Shown here one piece after another: positions 37,834-50,478 of a stretch of 64,000 nt of DNA. Position 1 is the first letter of the stretch. Each line of letters opens with the position of its first letter. The DNA lies in assembly GCA_046563655.1 (NCBI GenBank), contig CM102289.1:496001-560000 (forward strand). The letters run 5' to 3'. The notes beneath the pieces were generated by a model that did not search any database, was not told the DNA's origin, and worked only from the letters and a program-made list of their open reading frames with translations. The DNA is from Yuukianura sp. NJ FZ-2021. Its lineage: Eukaryota. The position numbers were made by a program, and so were the translations under genes.

Positions 37834-38609
37834 CTTGCAAGGTCATCACTCTAATTGCTACGTCCAAGCAGAGTAGTTTTTGTTCAAGTTTTTTTTATGT
37901 AAAGTTTTCAAAAATTGGTTTTGTCTGGACAATCTTGCTTTGAAAATTTTCATCATTCGACTTTCTACCTTTCTCATGTGGAGATATCAGCTGTAGAACT
38001 CTTTCTTTCTCAAAATTTCATAAATGTGTTCAAAATTTTCAATTTTTGCAACTTCTAGAAAAGTCTAGTGTCCAATATATGTTTAGAAAACATTCTAAAG
38101 CCATTGCTGAGCTAATACTAGGTGTGATAATTTGAAAATTTGAAAGTTCCCGCCACTATTGCAGAGCCAGTTATGGCCGAACCACTTTCAGGTATTGATT
38201 CTGATTCTGCACAAGCACCAGAACAAAAACTAGGCAGCCAAAATTTATCATTGGACGAAAAGGTAATGAAAGTGAAAGTAATTGGATGAACTTTAGTTAG
38301 ATCTAGATTAATTTGACCTAACAATTCGTAAATGTTTAACTTTTTCACGAACGTGAATTTGTAGACGCTGTAATTACCGCAGTATGGGGGGAAAAAGTGA
38401 CAAATCCTCATATTTAAGATGCTTACGAATCGTAACTAACGTTTCTGAGGAATGGTCACCCCAACCCAAACAAAAATTCACGCTCGTCGATTACGCCACG
38501 TTCCAAAAACGTCCGTCGATTTCCAAATTCACGTCCATTACACTACGTTCCAAATTCACGCTTGTCGATTACAACCGCGTTTTAAACTGACTTTGATTTA
38601 ACTTTTCAG

Positions 38610-39142
38610 TTGAAGCAGAAGTACGAATCGTTTTGGCTCTACTCCGAATCACATCCGTCCAGACTCGGAATCCACATTTCCCTGCGTGGAGTCTTCACTG
38701 GAGCATTTGTATCAACGTTAATTGGCCTTCCAGTGCTGATTTATCGCAAGAAGAGCCCACTTCTACCGAGGCTTGGAAGGGTGGGACTCTACGGAGCGGG
38801 AATTAGCTGTGCCATTCATACTTTAGTAGCTGTCGAACGCACGATTCGGTTGCCACCGGAGGGAGTAACTGATCGATCCTATAGACTAGCATACAACTGG
38901 GGTCAAACCAAGTGGGACATCTTTGCCATAAGCGGTAGCTTTTCAGTTTTTGAGTTACAGTTTTCAAAAATGCATTTGAAACACTTTTTTTTTGTAATTC
39001 AGGGGCAGTTGTCAGTGGGATTGCACTGCGACGACCGTTCGGTGGTGCTCTGCCTGCAGCCGCGATTGGCACGGTGTTCGGGACGACGGCGTGGATAGCC
39101 GACACGGCGCTAACGTTGAAGAAACGAAAGAAAAACGACTAA
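38610..39142 (+). CDS. Small membrane protein, DUF1757-like (5' exon not resolved)
   Basis: join(<38610..38934,39003..39142). Motifs HPSRLGIHISLRG and DRSYRLAYNWGQTKWD plus Gly-rich TM helices; family assignment from motif recall. Confidence 0.6.
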
Positions 39143-40258
39143 TTTTAATTTAGTTAAGTTTTAGTTTTGGTTTTGTAGAAAGCCGGTCGCCGGCACAAAT
39201 AAAAACTCTATCCTGGTCGAGGTCAACTTCCAAATTGTGAATTGAGGGATTTTGTGTAAATTTTGGTCTGACCTTGACATTTTAGCGAAATTAAATTGAT
39301 TATGTAGCCAAACAAACTTATGTCCATATCAGATGACAATTATCACGTGGGCAGAAGGGAGGAATAAATGTGGGATGATCATCACAACTTCCGATCTTTC
39401 ATACAAAACTTTCCCTCCCACTCAAACGGTCCCTCGACATGCGGATGTCGGCATGCTAAATCACATTCTTATCCATTTTTATTGATCATCTCACAACTTA
39501 TCACTTAAAATCAATGTGACATACACTGCACCTTTGAACGCTGTTAATTGAAGTGAAATTATTTTTTTGTAATTTTAATTGGTGCATGTGTTCATTAAAG
39601 TGAAACTATTATAAGCTCAATGCTCAAACACCGAGCGTTAGAAATCATTTGTCTAAATAAGTGACAATAGTTAGATTAAATTTGTTTGAATTACTACTAA
39701 ACGTAGAGAAATTAACTAGCTCATACCTAATATCCAATAGCTAAAGAACTTAAAGAACTTGTTAGAGAAATTTAAATAGCCTTGGATTCAAGTTCAATTT
39801 AGTGTTATCTACTTTAATCCAACTTAAAAGTTTTAAAATTTATAACATAAACACTCATGTTGTGGTAGAGACTAGTCACTTTATGTCGTTGACACTTTAT
39901 GGTATTGGTAATAATTTGAATAACAAAGTTGATTAAGATGTCTTAAGATGATTAATATTAAATTGAAATGATTAATACTAAAATTTACTTAAATTAAATT
40001 TTTAACATGAACGTTGAGTTACGCGAAAAGTGCCGATTGCTGATCCAAATTCTAAACAAGGCGAGACATGAAGAGAGAGCGGTCGGGAAAACGAGGAGGG
40101 AAAAGGACAAGGAAGACGCACTTAACCTGAATTTTTCCAAGGAACTCAAGTAAAATTCAAAGTCAGTATTTTCTAAAGTAACAACTTATTAATTGTTAAT
40201 CAGTTAGTTGATTTGAATCTTTACATTTGAACAGATCACACCTCTGAAGTAAGAAGCA

Positions 40259-41689
40259 ATGGAGTTCCCACACTTGATTCCCTTGGTGGAGCTGTTTCCG
40301 GATCAGATCTCCATCGTGGAGCGGGATCTTATCCCATACAACTCACCAGCCGCCAAGAAGTACCCCACTAAGTAAGCCAAGGTCAATTGGTTGTCGTTTT
40401 TCTATCGTTTCTAGATTGACGTGATTGGCCGCTTCATTGTGTGCTTGAGGTCACAACGAATGACCACGCTGAGCTGACTCTTACCGAGGAGTAGCAACGT
40501 TATACCTAAAGACACTTTTTTGATTCTACAGTAACGGTGGGTAACCGCTCATGATCGCGGTGGGTAACCAGTCATGGTCGCTGTCGTGGTTGGGCCAGTT
40601 AAACGTTATAACAGACTGACTATGACCGCTACTCGTTAGCTCCTGTCCAATGTCTTTGTTCATTTTTGTGGTTACCCCTTCGGTATATCAGTTCCTTGGG
40701 GTAAGAAAGCTTACTGCTCTTACTTGAACTAAGGACATGATCGATTATGGATGTACCATTTACTTTCCAGTCGTAACCGAACTAATTAGTCATTCGTTTT
40801 GTTCTTAACTTTAACTTTAGTTTTTAAGTGCATCAAGCGTCGTAATATCATACTAACGTGTTCTTTTTTACGTCTCTAGAAAAATTATTGAGCATATGAC
40901 CGAGATCCTGGACAAGTTCGGAGCAGCATCAGCTAAAGCACAGGACTTGAAGACAGTAATCACATCAGCACAGAGCCTCAAATCAAGCACTGGACGTCAA
41001 GTGATCTACTTCCTCTGTGACTTTGCCAAGAACCAAGTCGTTGGATTGTTGAAGGTGGGATTCAAGCACCTCTTCCTCTTTGATCAGCAAGCAGTCATCC
41101 ATGAGCTCAATCCTCTCTGTATCCTGGACTTTTACGTCCATGAGACTAGACAACGTCGTGGCTATGGAAAAGTCCTGTTCGACGCGATGCTGGAACATGA
41201 GCAAGTTGACGTCAAACACTTGGCAATTGACTTGCCATCAGATAATCTCATTTACTTCTTGCGTAAATACTACCATCTCGATTATCTCATCCCACAAGTC
41301 AATCACTTTGCCATCTACGACGGATTCTTCAACTCACGCTCAGGTAAGTTAATTGATTACATCATCGATTACTTTTCAAAGATAAGCTATCATCACTGTT
41401 AGGTTAAGCTAACTTGCTTATGTGAGCTAATGAAAACGTTTGTATTTCGTTTTTAGATTTGAGCAAGTCGAAGAAGGTGTGGTTGGGGTTGGATCAAGTG
41501 CCAGAGAAGGAGAATCGGAAGGCGAATTCCAAGAAGATGATTCTGCAGGATTCTCGTCAGTACAACAAAGAGGTGGCGATCCACTTCCGGAACGCAACGC
41601 ATGGACGAGTTACACAACCTATGAAGAACGGTGGACTCCAAAATGGAAACGGACATGTTGCTGATCAGCCGATGAGCAGCTTCTACTGA
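40259..41689 (+). CDS. ATAT1: Alpha-tubulin N-acetyltransferase (MEC-17/ATAT1), ~269 aa
   Basis: join(40259..40371,40880..41343,41457..41689). Motifs MEF, GAASAKAQDL, GLLKVGFKHLFLFD, CILDFYVHETRQRRGYGK, LAIDLPS and PQVNHFAIYDGFF. Confidence 0.95.
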
Positions 41690-42214
41690 TCAGCTGATCA
41701 GCCTACGAGCGGCTTCTGATCAGCTGATCAGTGTCCAAGCCAATCACGACGAAGCTAAAGCGAGTAAACCTTCCTTGATCGTCTTCTTCTACTGAAAGAT
41801 CAAAGGACATCATAAAAATACTACGTCCCTATAATTTTAAATTCCCGCCGTTATTTTTTAAGCTGTTCGTTTTACAAGTCATCGTAAATTAACAAAATTT
41901 TCTTAGTCGACGACTCTACTTTTAAAGCCCGCCTCATTTTTTGATTTCTGTAACACATTATTCCAAAGTTTAAAGTTAAGAGCAACGTTTGACGTTAAAT
42001 TATAACAGTTTTTGACTGTAAAGTGGAAAACTAAATTTGTTTAACTAATTACTTTTGATTAACTACTTAATTTACTCATTTAGTTGATTACTCGATTAGT
42101 TGATCTAATCTAAAAATTCAAAAGTTGATCTAAATTTAAAATTTCGAAATTTAAGCAGTACAACCAATCCACTTAAATTAAAAATCCAACTGAATAAAAA
42201 TTATCTTAGAAAAT

Positions 42215-42555
42215 ACTGCAGACGTCCATTTCCTTTGCAAATTTTTGAAAACCTTCAACCGAGCAATTTCCCGCAGCAATCCATGCTTCGAAATACTTCT
42301 CCACGATTCCATTCATGTTCTTAGCAGCTTTCCAAATTGTGCTGTTCCTTTTGTTCAAATTGAATTTCGGGGTTGTTTGCCGCCTTGTGAGCCTCTTTGA
42401 CCTTGGTCAACAAAAGAGAAGCATCGCCTGTCTCGAGGACATTTTCACACCGAAACCATGGTGACACGACGACAAAGACGCCGAGAGTCATGTGACTCAA
42501 GTTTTTAAGCAACTCGTAAGATGGTGGGGTGGGCACAATCCGATGAATACTCAGA
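42215..42555 (-). pseudogene. Fragment duplicated from exon 3 of the 60502-62448 gene
   Basis: PTPPSYELLKNLSHMT...EAHKAANNP is nearly identical to 61390-61720; in-frame stop at 42321 and truncated at both ends. Confidence 0.88.
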
Positions 42556-43131
42556 CAATTAATTTTAAATTTAGCGCTCGAACTTCACCTGAGAATTAAC
42601 GCCGCCATTAAAGTTAAAGTTTAGCTAAAGCCAGGCTAAATTTAAATTCATAAAAGCTTTGACTTTGATGAGCAAGTTAATAACAACTTCATCATATTCA
42701 TAATACCATAACGCCCGAAATTTAGGACAGAAGCATATCAAAAAATTTGTTACAATTTTATTTGGAATAAATTCAAAAACCAAACTCGAAAAACTCTTTT
42801 TGTTTTTGTTGTTTTTTTTTTCTAAAAATGGAAGCATAATTCCTTTAAAGTTGGAAAAAAAGACAACCCGTAAAAATACTCAAAATTCTGAAAATAGATT
42901 TGAAACAATGGGGTTGGACAACAACAATTTTTGTCCACCCAAAAGTTGCAGGGTTCTTCAATTTTTTAATTTTGGAAATCTGAAATGCCTGAGCAGTTTT
43001 CATAGAGGGAAGGCTGAGTTGGATTTTAAAATTCCATTGCTAACGTTGTCCCTGAGTTGTGCCCGGATTGTGGCGAAACTTTTGTTGAATATTCGCACTT
43101 TTTTCTGGAATTTACATTGTTTGCCTTAATC

Positions 43132-44175
43132 ATGGCCAGGAGAATGCTGAGGGCCAGAAGGCAATTGGAGTTCATTGGCGAGAATCCTTCGTTGCCGTTT
43201 CAAATTACTGGAGATGTTATCTGTCCAAGCGCAACTTGGACACTTTCCATCAACCACCGAACCAGAAGCCTTCACTTGCTTTTCCTAACACCGCCAGGGG
43301 CCGCAGGTATAGAAATATCTTGTTACATCCAGTTACTGCTTCTGCGCACTGCTTGTGGATTGACCAGGGTTTTCCAGGATTCCCAATATCCTTACATTGT
43401 TGCAGAATCAGCGATAAAGTGTTTGAAATCACCTTGTGACTCGTTCCATTACTTTTTCAAATTTTGAAAACATAATTTTCAAAAACAAGTTGAGAAAGTT
43501 TTCAAAAGTTGGTTTTTGCTTTTGTTGGAAAACAGTAATTACATTTTTTCAGTTTTCAACAAACTTGCGGTTTTTAAATTTTGGAAATGAGTGTTAGCCA
43601 TGTTTATAGAGAGCACAAGTTCAGTGCCGAGTTGACGAAACTCTTTGAATTCGCCCGTTTTCAAATTTTCTAGAATGTTGCACGCTGATTCTTCACAATT
43701 ATGAAAAATGGAAAAATTTTGAAAAAAAAATGAACTCGTGATCGTGACCTTTTTTAATTTGGTCAGCTTTGAACCTTGGATCGATTGAATTCAGTCGAAC
43801 TACCGGAAACTGCATCCTTTTCAGGAGCGATGCCACAAGAAACGTACAAATCGGTTTGACCCAACAAGGACAACCTCTGGCTCTAGAACTGAGCATGGAT
43901 TTTGGTAAGTCCTGTTTTATAACAACATGTTTTCACGCAACCGACTAGCCCAATTAACATCATCATTTAACAAATTACTTAATATTTAATTACAGACTAT
44001 CACTGTTTGAAGACAATCTTCGGTGAATTCGGTAATCGCGGTTATGTGAGTGAGCCTGTAAGTACTAAATTGTTACTTAAGTACTAAATTAATAACTCAA
44101 TTATTACTAAATTAGTACATTTTTCTTTTAATTCTGGCCTACAAGATTGTTCCAACCGTATACCGCGGGTTGTAA
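43132..44175 (+). CDS. Orphan family gene copy 1, 134 aa
   Basis: join(43132..43306,43767..43904,43996..44057,44146..44175); canonical splice sites, open frame and exon structure conserved with copy 2. Confidence 0.75.
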
Positions 44176-44760
44176 AGTTTTGGACAATCCAACACACAGG
44201 AGCAGCAGAATCCATACTTAACTTTTACCTTTAGACTTAGTTTTCGATTTTAGATTTTAGTATTTTAAATTAGTCATTAGTTTATTTTTAGTTTGTTACG
44301 ACACGGTTTTCACCTCTTTTTAAACTTTGTTTTGATGTTAGTAATGCCAACTTCATCGTATTCAACGCCCGAAATTTCGGACAGAAGCATAACAATAAAT
44401 TTCTTACATTCAATTTTACGTCAAATATATTAAAAAACCAGTCGAAAAAACTCAATTTTTTTTATATAAAAGTGGGAGGATAATTCCGTTAAAGTAGGAA
44501 CAAAAGGAAACCCGTAAAAATATTCCCAATTTTGAAAATAGATTTGGAACAATGGGGTTGGCCAGCAACAATATTTGTCCACCCAAAACTTGGAGGGTTC
44601 TTCAGCTTTTGAAATTTGGAAAACTGAAAAGCCTGAACAGTTTGCGTCGAGGAAGCTCAGTCGAATTTCAACTTGCAATTGACCCTGAACATCCGGATTG
44701 TCTAAGAATCTCCTTCAATTGGTTTCTGTATCTCCCAACTGTTTGTTGAATCACTAAAGC

Positions 44761-46043
44761 ATGGATAGTAGTCAATTTCAGTTCATCCGGGACTTGTCCG
44801 GGTCATTACAAATTGCGGGTGATGTGGTCTGTCAAGATGCAACATGGAGTATTTCCGTAAATCATCGAATGAGATCGCTTCGGCTTTTTCTTACTCCACC
44901 GCCAGGGGCTCCAGGTATAGAGATTAGGGCTGCCGCCGTGCGTTTCGATTCCGTTTTTTCCTAAAAACGGAACGGTCGCCCGCAACACGGAAACGGACAT
45001 CAAAAACGGTAAAAAAATACGGCGAAACGGCAGAAAGCATAACGAAATTTCAAAAGTTGGTTTTCATGTTCTGCCTTTCAAAACTCCGCTTCTTGTCATT
45101 CCAAATGTGGTCAAAATTGTTAGAATGGACTATAATTTTAACGTTTCATTTCTCAAAAATTCAGCACGGGTGGCACAAAAATATCTTTCCGGGTTTTTCT
45201 GCTTTCCGCTTTTTAATTTTCGTTTTCGTTTTGTTTTTTGGCGAAAACGGAAACGAAACAAAAGGTACCGTTTCAAAAAATTTGAAAAACGGAAAGTCCG
45301 TTTCGCTTCCCGTTTTATACGGAAACGGCAGCCCTAATAAAAATATCTGTTTACATCCGCTAATCTATTTAATTTACATTCACATCCAATTGCTTTTCAA
45401 ACATCCTATTAATTTTATTACAATTAATTAAATATTACATATTAATTAAACATTAATTTATTTAGCGTTGAACCTAGCTCCCATAGAGTTCAGTAGGGAC
45501 AGGAGAGGAAATGCCATCAATTTTCCGGATGACGGGGTGGGAACCGTCCAAATTGTTGCCACTCAACAAGGCGAGGTTTTGCAATTTGAACTCACTACTT
45601 TGTTATCTGGTAAGTGTGTTTTATAAAAACATATTCTTAAAATTTTACGTAACCAACTTCATTGCGTATAATTAACTCCAGTAATTAAAACGTTACTCAA
45701 AAATTTATTTGCAGATTATCACATTCTCAAAGGAATCTTCATGAAATTCACACATGAGGGCTATCTGTGCGATCCTGTAAGTACTAAAATTAATTCACAT
45801 ATCGAAATTAACCTAAAACATTAAACACAAAAAATGTCTGTCTATTAAGTTCGGTTCTTTCCGACTTTGAATTGTTCTTTCTATTCCAAAAACCATCGTG
45901 TTTTAAATGCTAATGAAAAAAAGTGTGCTGTTTTAAACAGCTATTATAATTTGCATTAAATCTGTGCAAACAAATAATTATTATTGAATTTTTTAATTCT
46001 GGGTTGTACAAAGATTAAACCAACCGCATACCGTGGAGTGTGA
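44761..46043 (+). CDS. Orphan family gene copy 2, 129 aa
   Basis: join(44761..44914,45466..45609,45715..45776,46014..46043); exon 3 (62 nt) and exon 4 (30 nt) have the same lengths as in copy 1. Confidence 0.75.
44925..45336. mobile_element. hAT-type MITE in intron 1 of orphan copy 2
   Basis: TIR TAGGGCTGCCG/CGGCAGCCCTA; degenerate TSD ATAGAGAT/ATAAAAAT; copy 1 has the empty site ATAGAAAT. Confidence 0.85.
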
Positions 46044-46413
46044 AATTTTATGGAATCCTGTACCCTGTAGCCAGCACAATCGAAACATAACTTAGCTTTA
46101 GATTTTAGTTTTTAGTGTTTTAAAGTAATCATTAGTTTATTTATATCTTGTTACGACATTCATCTCTTCTGTTTAAACTTTGTTTTAATTTTAGATCCGA
46201 ATGCAGATTAATCACTCTGTTATCAGAGCTCGCCGTCGGCGCCTCCTGCGCATGAGGAGGGGCTTAATGTAGTTCCTGATATGTTTTTTCCCTTCATCTG
46301 CACTGCTTACAGATTACTTTAATCACAAATTTAGTATAATTAATTTAAGAATTCAAAAATTCACTCAGTTACATAAAAAAAATATCTTAGAAAATAGTGC
46401 AAAGTGTCCAATT

Positions 46414-47942
46414 CTACAAAGCTGTCACTCTATGTGACTCATCGTGGTCCGTTTGTGTAGTTTGATCGTTTGAATTTGGATTTTTGAATTTCCCGCGCCC
46501 TCCAATAACTAAACAGCAAGAGACTACTGAATTGAGAACGTTGATTGCTTCCATTTTGAATTTGTCGTTAAAGTAACAGTAGATGATTGGATTCACACAG
46601 ATGCTAAATACACACAGAAAATATGCTAGGAGAAAGTACCACGGTTCTTTTGTCGACGCATTGCAAGTTGTGGGTAAAATGTTCGCTAAAAAGTAGTCTG
46701 TAGTGAAGATCACGTAAATCGGTGAGCACAACGCAGCGTAACAGACCACCGTCGAAATGAGCATGCGCGTTGTCACTTTTCGTTTTTCGATTCTGCGTTG
46801 TTGCAAAGTTTCCTTCGTAGGAGTCGCAGCTCCTACAACTCTGCGTTCCTTCAGTTTCAGAATTACTTTGACATAGCAATATGCTGTAATTGCTATGGGT
46901 ATGCAGAATCCAAAGATGAGTAGACCAATCATGTTGTAGTGTTTGGCAAAGAACGGAATTTGATTGGTTCCGAACTGGGCATAGCCCCACCGACAACCCA
47001 CGAGTCTCTCCGACGTGAAAAATTCGGAGGCGCGAAAGTTGAACATGGCCCACACTGCTGTCAGAATTCCACCAATCCAGGCTAGTGTAATGGAAATGGC
47101 GGGATGACAACCTTTGCTGTACGGGTAGTACAATTTGATGTAACGCTCAATACTGATTGCCATCATGGTGTAGCAGGACACAAAAAACGTTGATACCTAA
47201 GAAGAAAAAAACGCGACGTGAAAATTTGTTTATCCGCGCCTGAAATTCTTCTTGTTTTATCCGCGCCTGAAATTCTTTTATTGAGAAACATTTAAAAGAC
47301 TTGCTAACATGTATGGCACAAAAAAGTTCTTAACATGAAAAATTCATATACACGCGTGAAATTTTTTGAAAGTGATAACAATTTGCAAAGTGAATTTTTT
47401 ATCCACGCGTGAAATTCTTTTATGGTATAATTATAATGTTAATTTTAATGATCGCATTATAGTGTTAAAATTATGCTAAACATTTACTTTTACAAAGCCA
47501 ATTTTGACGTGAAAATTTTATTTATTCGCGCCTGAAATTCTTTTGTCGTATAACTTTAAATTATTCTTGAAATTAATTAAATTGAAAGTATTTGCTGTAC
47601 AAAAACAATTGCGACGTGATTTTTTTTTATCGGCGCGTGAAATTTTTTAAATGTTGGGTATGCACTGACCTTAACCGTGTTAACGGCTTCACAAGTGAGT
47701 AGCCCATTGTCCAATTTGTTAATGACTGCAGAAGAGCATGTGACCCACACTGTTAAGTAGATGACCCCGCAGCAGAGGTCACTCACTGCTTGGTTTGCGA
47801 CCAACCAGAACGTGGGACTGCGCATGTTGCACTTCCAGATAACGTACAGAATGAAAAGGTTCCCCACAGAACCCAGGAATCCCAGGATAATGTATCCTGA
47901 AAACACTACCCACTCGGACCAACTGTAAGATTGCTCCAACAT
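46414..47942 (-). CDS. Class A neuropeptide-receptor-like GPCR (tachykinin/RYamide-like group), ~351 aa
   Basis: complement(join(46414..47196,47670..47942)). GN in TM1, ANQAVSDL in TM2, ERY, CSP in TM6, NPIIYCYFNDKFK in TM7. Confidence 0.88.
47215..47650. repeat. Dispersed intronic repeat (TATCCGCGCCTGAAATTCTT-like)
   Basis: About six to seven copies of CGCG(C/T)..GAAATT(C/T)TT within the GPCR intron. Confidence 0.7.
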
Positions 47943-48449
47943 GCTATGCTAATGTTTTAACTGTAATTAACTAATTGTAATTAATTGTAATTGTAACTAA
48001 TTGGCTTAACCTAGCTAAATGAGAGTTAGTTTTATACTATTTTAGTCTGGGATTTCTGACACCATGAGTCAAACTCCAGTGGCGTCCAGAATGAGGTCAT
48101 TTTTTCCCGCGGTTTTCCTCCAGTATTACTAACACTATGTCCATGGTCCAATTTTAACATTAGTCTTTAAGTTTTTAAGTTGTTCACCTTCAAAATGTTG
48201 ACCTTTGACCCAGAAAATTCAAATTCGTTGAAAAAAAAAGTGCTGCAAAAATGTGCTCAAAATTTCGTTGTATTTGTACATGACTCTGATCTTAACGCAA
48301 GCATTTCATTTAAGCCAAACAGTCAATTTCCCAAACACAAAACAATTGTGTTTTTTTTTTTAAATTTCGAACGAAGTTTTACTCAGAATTGTTTTTCACA
48401 GTGTTCAACTTTTTTTTTAGTTCAGGTTTAAATACTTTTCTCTTAAACT

Positions 48450-48770
48450 TTAAAGTTCCCCCGCTTCTTCCAGAGTGACACACCCATTGTTGTCAAAGTC
48501 ATGTTGCGTGAACCAATCAGCGGCTGACTCTGGCGGGGCAATTGGGAAATTGGCACTGATGAACGCCTCAACTTCAGCTAGAGTCGTGCACCCATCTCCG
48601 TCTGCGTCTGCGTCCGCCACGGTCTTCTCACCTTTGGCAGCACGACCTTTCAAACTGCTTTTCCCAACTGATTTGGCTCCTGGTGGACACGGTTTCTTAG
48701 TAACCGCGTCAATTGACTCCATCGCACACAAAGTTAAGACTACAATAACTAGAATTTTGAGACTGCACAT
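48450..48770 (-). CDS. Secreted two-EF-hand miniprotein 1, 106 aa
   Basis: Signal peptide MCSLKILVIVVLTLCAMESIDA; EF loops DADGDGCTTLAE and DFDNNGCVTLEE. Confidence 0.85.
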   Translation of the reverse strand: MCSLKILVIVVLTLCAMESIDAVTKKPCPPGAKSVGKSSLKGRAAKGEKTVADADADGDGCTTLAEVEAFISANFPIAPPESAADWFTQHDFDNNGCVTLEEAGEL

Positions 48771-49728
48771 TATATAAGCACAACAAAAGTTTTTCGGGCG
48801 GGAAAAGTTGACTTTTTGAAAACTTTTTGAATTTAAAAAATTATGGCTTGTTGCTTCAGAAGTCTGGACTAATTGCCAGGGAGCAATTTTTGATAAAAAC
48901 GTAGATTGATTTTGCTCAAGGTTTAAACTCATTGTTAAAATTTTTAATTCAAGTGCTAAGGTTTTCAATTGTTTTCAAACTGGCGTTAAAGTATGGATGA
49001 CCTTGAGTAGCAAGGACAAGAAAAAACAAAACAAAAGCACAGTCACAGCTACACAAGTTTTTTGGACCGAATAGTTTAAAAAATGTCAATTTTCGGAACA
49101 CAACAGGCCAAATGCAACATGAATTTAATAAAAAGGTTAATTAGTTCTCAATGAAATCTGCTCGGTTTCACTAGCTTATAAAAGCACAATGAGTATCCAA
49201 TTTCCTTCAAAAATGCAAATTTTCAAAACTGGGGAGCTTTTACTTTAAAAAAAAAGTTCGACTTTAAAATAGGCAGGGTTATTTAATGATATTTTCAGTA
49301 ATTCATTCAGTAATTAAATCAAAGTAATTAATTAAAGTAATTAATCAGTAATTAAAGTAAAAGTAAAGTAAATAAGAAAATTCAGTAAATTAATAAGTGC
49401 AATTCTGCATTTGATTATTATGGCAAGGCTAAGGTTTTGGAAAAAAAACAGTCGGACGAACAGACAGACAGACATAAGATGATAAAGTTGTTTTTTCTCT
49501 AATTAAAAAGGTTTTTATTACAGAATGGCTAAAATTTCGAGACAGACAGACAGATATAACATTATAAAGTTGCTTTTGCTCTACATAAAAATTGTTTAGG
49601 GAATGACCCTGAAAGTCGGCTGCTGAATTTTTTATTTTGGTTTATTTCTGAAACACTGAACTTTTGAATGAAAATATTATTGTAAGTTGGTTTCAAAACC
49701 CAATTTTTTTCCGTTTCTTTAACTTTTT

Positions 49729-50013
49729 TTATACGTCTACTTTGTTGTTGAGTTCCGTGACATCGAGACAGCCACTGCTATCTGCGTCGTGAGAAGCGAA
49801 GAGGTCTCGATACGGCATTTCTGCCCGCGGCGGTCCGCCTTCGGGAGAGTCATCTTCCAGCCGCTGTTCCAGCGTTCCCTGGAACTCCTCCAGATTCAAG
49901 CATCCATCACCATTGGAATCTCCAGCAGCCAGGAATTCCTCCGCAGTCTCAGCAGTAGCCAAACCGACCAATAGCAATAGCACAAAACTAGCACGAACGA
50001 CGAAGCGCCACAT
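49729..50013 (-). CDS. Secreted two-EF-hand miniprotein 2, 94 aa
   Basis: Signal peptide MWRFVVRASFVLLLLVGLATA; EF loops DSNGDGCLNLEE and DADSSGCLDVTE. Confidence 0.88.
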   Translation of the reverse strand: MWRFVVRASFVLLLLVGLATAETAEEFLAAGDSNGDGCLNLEEFQGTLEQRLEDDSPEGGPPRAEMPYRDLFASHDADSSGCLDVTELNNKVDV

Positions 50014-50478
50014 TTCAAACTAAACTAAAAACAAACAACGACTACGAAATTAGATTTTCAGAATTTTACTTAATTCTGAAAATGAAATTGGCATTGAAAA
50101 TTTCAAGCATTGAAACAGAACGCACCTAGTTTGTTTAAAATCTGCTTGATAAGGAATCCGTGCTGGGTAAGTAGTATACTGAAAAATTTAAATGTACTGA
50201 ATGCTTTTTAAATGAAAACAATGAAAAGATGACTATGAAAATTTGTCTTTTGCGACAGCTCAAAAAAAATCATTCGATTTAGAACAAAAGGCATTGTTAT
50301 TTTCAAATTAAAGGTGAGATGGGGGTCGTTTTGTTTAAGGTTTCACAAAACCTCATCCAATTTCATCTCAATTTTTTTAAATTTTTCCAAGAAATTTTGT
50401 GTGTTTAGTATACGTTAGATGAAATATTTTATTTTTTAAGACTATATTTGTTGGCTTTTAGTGGTAAATGTACCTATG

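Noticed and set aside
41660..41732. TGATCAGCTGATCA palindromes at the ATAT1 stop as a readthrough or SECIS signal
   Set aside because: Better explained as a short local tandem duplication; a second in-frame stop follows within a few codons.
48771..48968. N-terminal 66 residues of the 172-aa ORF
   Set aside because: Non-ATG start in AT-rich DNA; the ATG at 48770 gives a proper signal peptide.
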